Assembly (NCBI GenBank): GCA_965217995.1
Contig: CBDCKB010000004.1
Location: 643,788-707,787, forward strand
DNA from: Rhodobacterales bacterium
GTDB taxonomy: Bacteria > Pseudomonadota > Alphaproteobacteria > Rhodobacterales > CAZPXZ01
Direction of reading: 5' to 3'
DNA length: 64,000 bases
Every line of letters starts with the position of its first letter. Position 1 is the first letter of the stretch. A program made the translations under genes and the position numbers. Positions 52,101 through 63,300 of the stretch are shown here, piece after piece. The notes beneath the pieces were generated by a model. The model saw only the letters and a list, made by a program, of their open reading frames with translations, made no database searches and had not been told where the DNA came from.

Positions 52101-52689
52101 GTAAGCAATCAAACACATATGGCGCTCCCAACAGGCGGGTGAAAGATGCAGGAAAAGGCTGAAGGCAGGCAGGAAGCGATCTGTCCGTTCGGGGTGCCGT
52201 GCCCGCCTTTTCGCCAAACCCCTGAAACTGAACGCAAAACAAGTGGGCCCCAGGGGCCAATTTATCTCCCGGAGGCGGGGGACTTGCCCCCAGACCCTTC
52301 CCGGATACTCTCTCCGTCATGGTCAGCCAGATCACGATCCGGGACAGGCAGAACGCCCCCTTCTTGATGCGGACCTGCACCTGTGAAGGGTATCGCCGGG
52401 GCATCGCCGCCCGGACCCGTGTCGGGGTGTTCGATTACGACGGGGACCATGTCCGGGACTCGGGATGTCCGGGATTCGGAAGCCAAACCCCGCGGCTGCT
52501 CCGCCATCCGCGGGATCCAACCGGATGCGACATCCGAACAGGTCGCACATGCCAGGTTCTTCGCCGCCCGCCCGGTCCCGGGCAGCGCATCCCACAGGCA
52601 CGGGAAGCTGCAAAAAACACGCGGACAGCTCATTAAGCGTATAGTTCCCCGCTTTTCAGGGGCTTTTTTCTGCGGAGAGCGGGGGCGAT

Positions 52690-53802
52690 ATGGATTTTGA
52701 CTGGAACCAGCTGGATTCGCTGACCGGCGGCGCTGCCTGGGTTGTCGGGCGGTATGCGGCGGCGGCGGCGGTGCTGCTCGTCTCGGTTCTCTTCCGCAAG
52801 CCCGTTGCCGGGCTGGTGCTCTGGCCGTTTCTTGCCGCCATCGCGCGGCTCTGGTCCACGACGCGGGACCAGGTCGCGGAAGTTGTGCGCCTGCCCCTGG
52901 GGCTGGTGGTGGTGGCACTCGGCCTCTATGCGGCCGGACAGATTCTGGCGGTCGGCGGCGAGCTGGAATCCGTGCTTCACCGGTGCATGCGCACGCTGGC
53001 GGTTCTGGCACTGAGCTGGGTGCTGTCGCGGGCGGTGCGGGTGGTGGGGAGGACCAGCACCGTGCTGCGCGGCCGGATGGGCGATGAGGTGGTCCGCTGG
53101 GGAGGGCGCCTGATCGGCATCCTGGTCTGGCTGGTCGGGGTCGCGGCGATCCTCGAGCTCTGGGGCGTGCGGGTGGCCCCGCTGCTCGCCAGTCTCGGCA
53201 TCCTGGGGGTTGCGGTTGCGCTGGGCGCGCAGGATTTTTTCAAGAACCTGATCTCCGGCTTCGTGGTGCTTTCGGAGAAGCGGTACAAGGCCGGCGACCG
53301 GATCCAGCTCGCGGGGGTCGTGGACGGAACGGTGATGGAGGTGGGCTTCCGCTCGACCCGGGTGGAGCTTTTTGACGGGGCGCCGGTGTCGGTTCCGAAT
53401 GCCATGCTCGCCGACGGTGCTCTGGTCAATTACGGAGAAGTTTTGCGGCGCCGGATTCTGATGAATGTCGGGCTGGAATATCGGACCCGTTCGGACCAGC
53501 TGCGCCGGATCCGGGAGGAAATCGAGACCTATCTCCAGGACTCCGGCGATTTCGTCCCCGCCGAGGACACTACGCTCGAAGTGCGCATCGACCGCCTTTC
53601 CGACTCCTCCATCGACATCCTGATCTATTGCTTCGCCAACACCGCGGATTGGGCGGAATCGCTGCGGATCAAGGAGGACCTGATCCTGCAGATCAAGAAA
53701 ATCGTGGAGGGGGCGGGGAGCGGCTTCGCCTTTCCGAGCCGTTCGATCTATGTGGAGCGGGACGGTGTGGAGGCGGAGGGCATCTCGGGCGGGGCGTCGT
53801 GA
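52690..53802 (+). CDS. MscS-family mechanosensitive channel
   Basis: 370 aa with N-terminal TM helices. GAQDFFKNLISGFVVLSEKRYKAGDRIQL...GTVMEVGFRSTRV is the MscS core. Confidence 0.85.
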   Translation: MDFDWNQLDSLTGGAAWVVGRYAAAAAVLLVSVLFRKPVAGLVLWPFLAAIARLWSTTRDQVAEVVRLPLGLVVVALGLYAAGQILAVGGELESVLHRCMRTLAVLALSWVLSRAVRVVGRTSTVLRGRMGDEVVRWGGRLIGILVWLVGVAAILELWGVRVAPLLASLGILGVAVALGAQDFFKNLISGFVVLSEKRYKAGDRIQLAGVVDGTVMEVGFRSTRVELFDGAPVSVPNAMLADGALVNYGEVLRRRILMNVGLEYRTRSDQLRRIREEIETYLQDSGDFVPAEDTTLEVRIDRLSDSSIDILIYCFANTADWAESLRIKEDLILQIKKIVEGAGSGFAFPSRSIYVERDGVEAEGISGGAS

Positions 53803-54659
53803 GGCCGCGGATCATCGGTCGCTTCGAGGAGATGGCGGAGGAGTATGACGGGCTGATCTGCGATATCTGGGGGGTCTATCATGACGGCCTGCGGGTGTTC
53901 CCGGCCGCTTCGGCGGCGTTGCGCGGATTCCGCGCCGGAGGTGGGGTGGTGGTGTTTCTCACCAATGCGCCGCGCCCCTGCGGGTCGGTCGCCCGCATGC
54001 TCGACCGGATCGGCGGCAGCGAGGAGGACTACAACGAGATCGTCACCTCCGGCGACGCGGCGCGGCAGTCCCTGGCCGAAGGGGTGTGGGGGTCGGCCTG
54101 TTTCCATCTCGGGCCGGCGCGCGATCTCCCGCTTGTGGAGGGGCTCGAGGTGCGGACGGTCGGGCTGGCCGAGGCGGAGTTTGTGCTCTGCACGGGGTTC
54201 CGGGATGCCACGGTCGAGACACCGGCCAGCCACGCGGGCAGCCTGCGGGACGCCCTGCTGCGCGGCCTTCCGATGCTGTGCTCGAATCCGGATCTTGCGG
54301 TCGACCGCGGCGATGTGCAGGAGCCTTGCGCGGGCGCGATCGCCCGGCTGTATGAACGCATGGGGGGATCGGTGGTGTATTACGGCAAACCGCACCGGCC
54401 GATCTACGAGCGCGCCTTTGAGGCCCTTCGCCGGGCCGCTCCGGCACCTCTCCGGAAGGTGCTGGCGATCGGCGACGGCATCGCGACCGACGTGCCGGGA
54501 GCGGCGGCGGCCGGCCTTGACTGTCTCTATGTCACCGGCGGGATGGCGCGGGACGAGATCGCGCATGATCCGGCCGGCCGGCCGGAGGCCGGGAGTCTCG
54601 CCGCGTTTCTGGCCCGGCACGGGGCCTGTCCGCAGGCCGCCATCGGGATGCTTGCCTGA
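53799..54659 (+). CDS. HAD-superfamily class IIA hydrolase
   Basis: YDGLICDIWGVYHDG (DxWG nucleophile motif), FLTNAPRP and IGDGIATDVPGA. GTG 53799 (GTGA overlap with the mscS stop) or ATG 53832. Confidence 0.75.
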   Translation: MRPRIIGRFEEMAEEYDGLICDIWGVYHDGLRVFPAASAALRGFRAGGGVVVFLTNAPRPCGSVARMLDRIGGSEEDYNEIVTSGDAARQSLAEGVWGSACFHLGPARDLPLVEGLEVRTVGLAEAEFVLCTGFRDATVETPASHAGSLRDALLRGLPMLCSNPDLAVDRGDVQEPCAGAIARLYERMGGSVVYYGKPHRPIYERAFEALRRAAPAPLRKVLAIGDGIATDVPGAAAAGLDCLYVTGGMARDEIAHDPAGRPEAGSLAAFLARHGACPQAAIGMLA

Positions 54660-54753
54660 ACCGGTCCCCCCGGGATGTGTTGCGCCGCAACATCACCTCG
54701 TATACAGCGGGCGTGCCCGGGGATTTTCCGGGCAGGTTCCGGATAGGGGTGCC

Positions 54754-55179
54754 ATGGCGGACCAGCTGTTCATCGAGGATCTCCTGCCGGGGCTTTCGCG
54801 CAGCCTCGTGCGGGTCATCACCGAGGAGGACATCGAGGCGTTCGGGGCGCTTTCGGGCGACCGCAATCCGTTGCATTTTGATTCCGGCTATGCGGCGTCC
54901 ACCCGGTTCGGGGGATGCATCGCGCATGGCATGCTGTGCGCCAGCCTGCTCTCGACGGTGCTGGGCATGCAGCTGCCGGGCCGGGGGGCGGTCTATCTCG
55001 GGCAGACCCTCAGATTTCTGGCCCCTGTGCGCGCCGGCGACGAGGTGGTGGTGACCTGCACGGTCCGGGAGGTCTTTCCGGAGAAACGGCGGGCGTCGGT
55101 GGATTGCGTCTGCGCGGTCGGGGATCTTCGGGTGGTCGAGGGCGAGGCGCAGATCATGGCCGCTTCCCGCGCGGATTGA
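54754..55179 (+). CDS. MaoC-like (R)-specific enoyl-CoA hydratase / hot-dog fold dehydratase
   Basis: 141 aa read from the tail of ORF 53881..55179: FGALSGDRNPLHFD...IAHGML. Confidence 0.85.
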   Translation: MADQLFIEDLLPGLSRSLVRVITEEDIEAFGALSGDRNPLHFDSGYAASTRFGGCIAHGMLCASLLSTVLGMQLPGRGAVYLGQTLRFLAPVRAGDEVVVTCTVREVFPEKRRASVDCVCAVGDLRVVEGEAQIMAASRAD

Positions 55180-55193
55180 TCCGGGCCCAGGGG

Positions 55194-56159
55194 ATGCGGA
55201 TTGTCCGCAGCATCGACGCGGTCGGTGACCGCGACCGCGGGAGCCATGCCGCGATCGGGAATTTCGACGGGGTCCACCGGGGCCACCAGGCGGTCATCGG
55301 CTCGGTGCTGGCCGGTGCGCGGGCGGCCGGGGAGCTTGCGTCGGTGATCACCTTCGAGCCGCATCCGCGGGATTTTTTCGGCCGCGGGACGGAACCCTTC
55401 CGCCTGACCCCGGCGGAGGTCAAGGAACGGCGGCTTCAGTCCCTGGGGGTCGACCGGCTGTTCGTGTTTGCCTTCGATGCCTCGCTGGCCGGTCTTCCGG
55501 CGGAAGGATTTGCGCGCGACGTGCTGGGCGGCGCGCTGGGTCTGCGCAGTGTTTCCGCCGGAGCGGATTTCCGTTTCGGCCGCGGACGGGCCGGCGATGT
55601 TGCCTTGCTGCGCGATTGCGGCGCGGCCTGCGGATATGAGGTGCACGAGGTGGGCAAGGCGGGCGAGGGGGGCGAGGCGTTCTCTTCCTCGGCCATCCGT
55701 GCGGCGCTCCGGGCCGGCGACCCGCAGGCCGCCGCCCGGCAGCTGGGGGGCTGGCACCGGATCGAGGGGGTGGTCGAGCCGGGCGACGGCCGCGGCCGCG
55801 GCCTTGGCATGGCGACGGCCAACCTGCCGCTTGGCGGCGTCTGTCTGCCTGCTTTCGGGGTCTATGCGGTGGAGGTCGAACTGTGCGACGGGGCGCGGAC
55901 GGAAACCCATTCCGGGGTCGCCAGTCTGGGCGTCAACCCGACATTTGGCGGATCCCTGCCCCGGCTCGAAGCGCATCTGTTCGACTATGAAGGCGATCTC
56001 TATGGCGCACGGATCGCGGTGGGGCTCTGCGCCTATCTGCGCGCGGAAGAGACCTTCGGGACGCCGGAAGCGCTGGCGGCGCGCATGCGCCGGGATGCCG
56101 AGCAGGCGCGGGAGGTGCTGGCCGGACTCCTGCAGCCCTGGGCGGAGGCGGTGGCTTGA
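55194..56159 (+). CDS. ribF: bifunctional riboflavin kinase / FAD synthetase
   Basis: ORF 54915..56159 trimmed to MRIVRSI...AIGNFDGVHRGHQAVI. C-terminal kinase block GVASLGVNPTF...LEAHLFDYEGDLYG. Confidence 0.92.
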   Translation: MRIVRSIDAVGDRDRGSHAAIGNFDGVHRGHQAVIGSVLAGARAAGELASVITFEPHPRDFFGRGTEPFRLTPAEVKERRLQSLGVDRLFVFAFDASLAGLPAEGFARDVLGGALGLRSVSAGADFRFGRGRAGDVALLRDCGAACGYEVHEVGKAGEGGEAFSSSAIRAALRAGDPQAAARQLGGWHRIEGVVEPGDGRGRGLGMATANLPLGGVCLPAFGVYAVEVELCDGARTETHSGVASLGVNPTFGGSLPRLEAHLFDYEGDLYGARIAVGLCAYLRAEETFGTPEALAARMRRDAEQAREVLAGLLQPWAEAVA

Positions 56160-56443
56160 ACGCCGGACGCTCCGACGGGGGCCGGGATGCGGAAACGACC
56201 GCCGATGCGAAGGCCCGGCTCGATGCGATGCGGCAGGAGGCGGGGGGAGCTCTTGCCGGCGAGGAAATCCGCCAGCGGCGGGGTCTGGACCCGGCCGGGG
56301 GCAGCGAGGATCCTCCGCTCGACTATCGGCTGACGCCGGTGAATGTCCTCCTGCAGCTGCTTGCCGCGGGGGTGTTCCTGGCGGTGGTCGGATTCCTGGG
56401 CTGGCTGTTCTGGGACGGGGTGGGTGTGCTGTTCCGGCAATAG
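56156..56443 (+). CDS. hypothetical small membrane protein
   Basis: 95 aa, TTG start overlapping the ribF stop. One clear C-terminal TM helix (VLLQLLAAGVFLAVVGFLGWLFW). No recognisable family. Confidence 0.4.
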   Translation: MNAGRSDGGRDAETTADAKARLDAMRQEAGGALAGEEIRQRRGLDPAGGSEDPPLDYRLTPVNVLLQLLAAGVFLAVVGFLGWLFWDGVGVLFRQ

Positions 56444-57088
56444 CGCCCGGCGCGGTCCGGGCCGGCGTGAGGGGATTTCGGTCGGGGGTGTGCACGACCC
56501 TGTGCACGACAGGGACCGGGATGTCGGGTTCGAGGAATCCGCGCCGGTTTCCCGGGCGGGATGTTTTCCGCGGGGCAGGGGGCAGCCATGCCATGTGTGG
56601 TGCCGGCAGAGGCAACCGGTCGGGCCCCCGGCAGGAAATCCGGCCCGTGGGTTCGGGCGGCGCCTCGATTCCCGCCGCCCTCGCAGATCAGGGATGACCC
56701 GGACCGGAAGGCGGGTTTCCGGGATTTCGGTGCGGGCGTTGCGGCATCCTCCCGGCGGTCCCCCGCGAAACGGTCCGGAGCCTTCGGGCATGCCGGCGCG
56801 GGCGGGGGTGATCCGGGCGGTGCGGTGAGCGGTTCCGCGAGGGTGATACGGGAGCCGTCCGCGAAGCTCGATGCCCGCCGTATGGCGGCCGGCCATCTGC
56901 CCCAACCGGCGGTTCCGGTGTCTGGCGGATCCGTGTCCGGCCCCGGCCCTCCCGACCGGAAAACAGGATTGTGGTTTGCGGCTGCCGCGGAGTGCGGAAC
57001 CGGGCTCGCGTCCATCCCGGTTCAGGGGGGTGGCAGGACTTCCGGCCGGTGCGGAATGTGCAGTCCGAATATCATGCGATCGGGCGGT

Positions 57089-57120
57089 GCATTCCCGCCT
57101 GCCCGGGCGGAAGGGAATGC
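57089..57120. promoter_or_regulatory. near-perfect 32-bp palindrome upstream of the giant-protein promoter
   Basis: GCATTCCC-gCCtGCCC|GGGCGGaa-GGGAATGC, with outer 8-bp arms perfect and an inner GCCCGGGC core. Confidence 0.35.
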
Positions 57121-57148
57121 GGGAGGGTGGATCGTCGGTTTTGGGGGC

Positions 57149-57176
57149 TTGACATCCTCCGGAGTTTTTCTAAAAC
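57149..57176 (+). promoter_or_regulatory. candidate sigma70 promoter of the giant repeat-protein gene
   Basis: TTGACA-16 nt-TAAAAC, about 160 nt upstream of the ATG at 57336, where GC drops. Confidence 0.3.
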
Positions 57177-57335
57177 CCGTCTGGCATGGTCGTCTACCAT
57201 GAGCAAAGCTAGAGGTAGCAGTCTTTACTGCCCGACCCGTCATCCTGTGTTCGCGCGATTCGCTATTTCGCGTAGGGGCGCAGGGGAGGGAATTTTTTGG
57301 GCGGAGCTGAAACCAAGGAACAGGAGCGGAAGCTA

Positions 57336-60300
57336 ATGAAAATATCTGGTTGCATGTGCAGATTCGGATCGGCGGTCTTGCGCCTGCCGATGGCAGGTTT
57401 TCTGTCCCTGTTCCTGGCCGGCCTGGTTTTCGATGGCCTGAATTCGGAAGCCGAGGCGCAAAGCGGGCCGAGATTTTCGAGCTCGAGCGATATCTATCTG
57501 TACTTTTCGGATAATACGGAGATCAGCACGACACTTGCGGAGGCGATCGGCGGTAGGGCGCCGTTGCTGTATGAGTTTGAGCACGGCAGGACCTCGGGCG
57601 GCGTGACCACGAACACTGACACGGGGCTGGTTTTTACCCAGGCCACCCGCGTACTCTCCGGCAGGACACTGCTGCAAGGAGTCTACCGCGTCCCCTATTT
57701 TGTGACGGATGCGAATGGTAACTTCACCTCGATAGATTACGTGGTAACCATATGTACCACCGGAGGGAGTATTTCCGGCAGAGGTTTCTGTTCGGCTCCG
57801 ACTTTTGTCACTCCGGGTTTCCTCTCCCCGGTAGTCGACCACGTGTACTCTCTAAATACGCCGGTCAGCGAGACACTGCCCCGTCCCTTTGGCGGCACCG
57901 GCACCACATCCGGCCGCATATATGTCAGTCTGCAGGGCCAACGACCGCTAAGAGATCGAGATGCTCCCACCCTGTCGGGGGGAAGGGAGAGGAACGGAGA
58001 GATCCTGTACAGCTCGACCGATTACGCTCTGCCGGAAGGGCTGACCTATACTAATAGTGCCCGCCGAACCTTCAGCGGCACGCCGACCGCAACCGGGTCG
58101 GTGAATCTGAGATACAGTGCGATTGATCAAGCATCCGGTGAGGCCTCGCGGTTTCCTTTCACGCTTACGGTGGTCGACGGGCCGAGTTTCCATCCCTCGG
58201 CGCAGGTCGCCGCCCAGGAGTATGACGCGGGCACGGATATCGGCACGGTCAGTCTGGGGGAGGCCAGCAGTGCTGGCAGCGAAACGTTTACCTACAGTCT
58301 GACAGGTCCCGACAGAGCCGCTCTGGATACGACCGTGCCCGGCCTGAGCTTTGACGCGGACACCCGGGCTCTCTCCGGCACGCCGACCGCGGCCGGGACT
58401 TTCGTGCTGACCTACACAGCCACGCAAGCCAGCTCTTCCCCTGTCACCCAGACCTTTACCGTGACCGTAACCGGGCTGGAGATCACAGCGCTGGACGACC
58501 AGAGCTACGAAGCCGGGAGCCAGATCTCCGCCCTCCTGCTGCCGGCAGGCAGCGGGGGTATCGGGACGCCGACCTACACACTTGAGGGTCCCGATGAAGC
58601 CGCTCTGGGCACAGCACTGCCCGGCCTGGTCTTTGACCCGGCCACCCGGGTTCTCTCCGGCACGCCGACCACGACCGGGACGACCGTGCTGACCTACACG
58701 GCCAGGCAAGACGACCCTTCCCTTGCCACCCGGACCTTTACCGTGACCGTAACCGGACCGGTGCTCACAGCGGGCGCCCCCTACGGCTTTGTAGCCGGAA
58801 CCCCGAGCTCCTTTACGCTGGCGGCAGCTACCGGGGTCGGCAACATCCCGGCTGTGACCTACACTCTGACGGGTCCCGATGAAGCGGCTCTGAGTGAATT
58901 GCCCGTTCTGGCCGGCCTGAGCTTTGATCCGCGCGGGCGCATCCTCTCCGGCACTCCGACCACAGCCGGCTTCGCCCTGCTGACCTATACGGCCACGGAC
59001 AAAAACGGCAATACCGGCACGGCGGTCTTGTTTGTGTTCGTAAGCGGGCCGTTTTTCGATGCGGTGGCCACCCAGGTCTATATGAGCGGAGTCGAGGGCA
59101 CCGTTACGCTGCCGGACGTGAACCCTGCCGGGGGCACTACGGGGTTAACTTTCAGCCTTGAGAGCTCCACCGGTGAGGATGTAGGCACTGCCCTGCCCGG
59201 CCTGAGCTTTGACGCGGACACCCGGGTGCTCTCCGGCACGCCGACCACGACCGGCCTCACCGAGATGGTCTACTCCGTCGCGGACGGCAACGTCGTGGAC
59301 GAGGACGGCAACACCAACACCTACAGCCAGAACTTCTTCGTGTCGGTCACCGTCGGCCTGACGCTCGGCGCGGTGGCTGACCAGACATTTGAGGCCGGGA
59401 ACGTGATCACCTCCATCACGTTGCCGGCAGCCAGCCAGTTTGCAGGGACGCTAACCTACAGCCTGACGGGCCTCAATGAAGAGGGTCTGGAAGAGGATCT
59501 GAGTGAATTGCCCGCTCTGGCCGACCTCAGCTTTGACCCGGCCACCCGGGTTCTCTCCGGCACGCCGACCACGGCCGGGACGACCGTGCTGACCTACACC
59601 GCTACAGATACGGTCACAAATCCGGACGATCCCGGTGCGACGTCTGTCATGACGTCTGTCATGTCGGTCTTTACCGTGATCGTAACCGGGCCGATCCTCA
59701 TGGAGGTGGCGGACCAGACATATAGTGTCGGGACTCCCGCCATGACCGGGACCCCCGCCGCCGAATTGACGCTACCGGCAGCCACCGGGGTCGGCAACCT
59801 CCTGGCTGTGACCTACAGCCTGACGGGTCCCAATGGAGAGGATCTGGATGAACTGCTGCCCGGCCTGGGCTTCAATCCACAGAGCCGCATCCTCTCCGGC
59901 ACGCCGACCGCGTCAGGCGTCGCCTTGCTGACCTATACGGCCACGGATGCAAACGACAATACGGGCATGACCACCTTTTTTGTGGAAGTGACCGGGGTGA
60001 TACTGGCGACGGCGACCGACAGGGCCTACACAGTCGGGACCCCAACCACAACCGGGACTGCGGCGGCCAATAGTCTGGCCTTTCCCGCAGCGACGGGCGT
60101 TCTCGATACCGAGCAGGTAAGCTACGAGCTTTCGGGTGAAGTCCCCGGCATGGTCTACAACCAGGGAGACCGCACCCTCGCCGGCACGCCGACGCAGGCC
60201 GGGACGTATGTGCTGACCCATACCGCCACGGACAACCGGTACGGCAGCACGGGTTCTCAGACCTATACAGTTGTCGTGACGGGGTGGACGCTCGGTGCGG

Positions 60301-63300
60301 GGCACGGCGACTTCATAAATCCCTTGATCGGAGCCGATGTCGTTTCTAGTGCTCTGCCGGCCGCCACCGGAACGGGGACCAATGTGACGCTGACCTACAC
60401 TCTGACAGGTCCCGGCGGAGCCGCTCTGAGCACGGTCGTGCCCGACCTGGTCTTTGATCCGGTCGCCCGCACGTTCGCCGGCACACTGACCGCGGTCACG
60501 CGGCTTCCGTCCGGCGCGCCCGGCATAGTCGTGCTGACCTACGTTGCCGCGGACAATTACGGCAACTCCATCGTGCAGACTTTCCCTGTCAGGGTGAGTT
60601 CGAATGTGGTTATTGCGGAGTTTGCGGCAGGGAGCCACACCTACCCAATCGGGGTGCCAATCGGTACTGACACTTTTTTTGCGGATATGCCCGAGGAGTT
60701 GGTTGGCATTCGATTGCCGGCAGCAACGGGGGGGGACAATCCTGTGCTGACCTACCGTATTGAGGACCGCACTGGAAGGCGTATGAGTGCAAATCAACCG
60801 GAGGCTGGTAGAACGACCTTTGCAGTAGTTCCCGGCCTGATCCTTTTTGGGGATCGCATTCTCTCCGGCACGCCGACGCAGGCCGGGACGTATGCGCTGA
60901 CCTACATCGCCGAGGACAACTTCGGCAATCCCGCCAGCAGGGCTTTCACTCTGATCGTGACCGAGGGGCTGTCCTTTGTTGGGGGCGCAACGCAGGCTAA
61001 CGTCGCCGAAAACATCGGGACGCCGATTACCGCCATTACATTGCCGGAAGCCGCCACCGTGGGATCGCAGACTTATCTTTATACACTGACGGATGCCGAG
61101 GGCCTGAATGTGGATGACACGGAGAATGCAGTTCCCGGCCTGGTCTTTGCTCCGGGCACCCGCATACTCACCGGCGACCCGACCCGGGCCGGGGCCTTCA
61201 CGCTGACCTACACCGCCACAGATGAAAGTGACAGCGAAAATACCGCGACGCTGACCTTTATCATGACCGTGCGCTCGGGGCCAACGTTAGCCGTCGTAGC
61301 TGACATCCCCGTAACCATCGGGACGCCGGCGGTTGACACAACCTTGCCGGAAGGTGACGGGGGGATAGTCGAGCCGGTGGCGGACCACACCTACACATTG
61401 ACGGATGCCGAAGGCCTGAATGTGGATGCCACGGACAATGCAGTTCCCGGCCTGGTCTTTGATCCGACCACCCGCATCCTCTCCGGCGATGTGACCCGGA
61501 CCGGGGCGTATACGCTGACCTACACCTTCACGGATGCCGGGGAAAATTCTGTCACGACGGCAGTCTCCGTGACCGTGACCGGGGGGCCGACGTTAATCGC
61601 CCTAACTGCCATCTCCGTAAACGCCGGGACGGCGATTACCACCACTGAATTGCCGGCAGCCGCCGGGGGGCTGGCCGATCCGGTGGCGGACCACACCTAC
61701 ACATTGACGGATGCCGAGGGCGTGAATGTGGATGCCACGGACAATGCAGTTCCTGGCCTGACCTTTACTCCGGCCGACCGCATGCTCACCGGTGCGCCGA
61801 CGCAGACCGGGACGTATGCGCTGACCTACACCTTCACGGATGGCGGGGGAAATACCGCAGTACGGGGCCTTGACGTGACCGTGGCCGGGGGGCCGACGCT
61901 GGCCGCGGTAGGTGATAGAACTTTTACGGTTGGGCTGTCGGAGTCCGGTGTAGGTGTTAGTTTGGGCCCAGCCACCGGCGGGTTCGCGCCCCTGGTCTAC
62001 GCAGTGGAGACTTCCGACGGCGTTGCGCTGTCAGATCACACCCAGGAGAATCGTCCCACCAGTGTAATTCCCGGCATAGGCTTTCAAAGCGACCCGACTA
62101 ATGCCATTGCTCCGCTGGCCCTGGTCGGGATTCCGCAGGCGATCGGGACGCATGTGCTGATCTACAGCGTCACAGATGCTGGGGGAAATACCGCGGCGCA
62201 GACCTTTACCTTAACCGTGACCGGGCCGACGCTGGCCGCGGTAGCTGACATCACCGACGCAGTCACCGGGACGGCGATTACCGCCACTACCTTGCCGGAA
62301 GCCGTCGGGCAAGGGACGGATGGGGACTTTGCCACGGCCACTTTCATCTACACCGTTACGGACTCCGCTGGAGAGGCCGTGGACACAGCGGCTCCCGGCC
62401 TGGTCTTTAATTCGGATCGGGCGACCCGCGAACTTTCCGGCACGCCGACCCGGGCCGGGGTATTTATACTGACCTACACAGCCACGGATCGAGGCGGAAA
62501 TGCTGTCACGCAGACCTTTACCGTAACGGTCGCCGGGCCGACACTCGCCGCGGTGACCGACCCGGCCGCCTATCCAGTCGCAAGCACGACGATTACCCCT
62601 TTCGCACTGCCGGCAGCCACCGGGTTCAGCGGGACGCTGACCCACACTGTTGTGGACTACGCTGGAGTGGCCCTGGCTACAGCCGTTCCCGGTCTGGCCC
62701 TTGATGAGACTAATACCCCCCCTGAGATCACCGGCACGCCGACCCAGATCGGCACGTTCCCGCTGATCTACACCGTCACGGATGGTGTTGACACCCGCCA
62801 GCGCTTCTTCACCCTGACCGTCAGCGGACCGATGTTCACCCGCGTGAAGGCAACTGGCGATGACTTGTCCCTAACCGTCGGGACGGCGATTCCCACTGCG
62901 GGTGTTCCTAGTGGCGGATTTTCGGCAGCCGCTGCCGGTGCCATCGCGACGACGACGTTTACACTGCAGGATGCCGAAGGCCTAGATGTGGATGCCACGG
63001 CCACGGACAATGCAATTCCCGGGCTGACCTTTACCGATACCACCCGCGTTCTCACCGGCACGCCGGAGACGGCCGGGACGTATGTGCTGACCTACACCCT
63101 CACGGATGGCAACGCAGATACCAGTGTGCAGACCTTTACCGTGACCGTGGCCGGGGGGCCGACATTTGCCAGCGGGGCAAGCATAAGTAATCGCTCCTTT
63201 GCCGCCGGGGGTGCGTTTAACGAAGCAGCTTATCCGGCTGTCGAAAGCTCCGGCCCTTTCGGGGCGGTAACCTATGCACTGGCGGATGCCGAGGGCGTGG

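Noticed and set aside
54993-56615. 540-aa minus-strand ORF opposite ribF
   Set aside because: Pro/Arg/Gly-rich shadow ORF. ribF on the plus strand has diagnostic motifs.
56561-57202. 213-aa plus-strand ORF (and the overlapping 230/290-aa minus ORFs) in the region upstream of the giant gene
   Set aside because: Gly/Pro/Arg/Ser low-complexity translation. Third-position GC is only moderately elevated compared with genuine genes here. The ORF runs through the candidate promoter and has no RBS. I treat the region as non-coding but flag it as a finding.
57180-57335. c-di-GMP (GEMM-type) riboswitch in the giant-gene leader
   Set aside because: Only a short GCAAAGC-like string is present. I cannot trace the conserved paired elements or the tetraloop/receptor by eye, so a covariance-model scan is needed.
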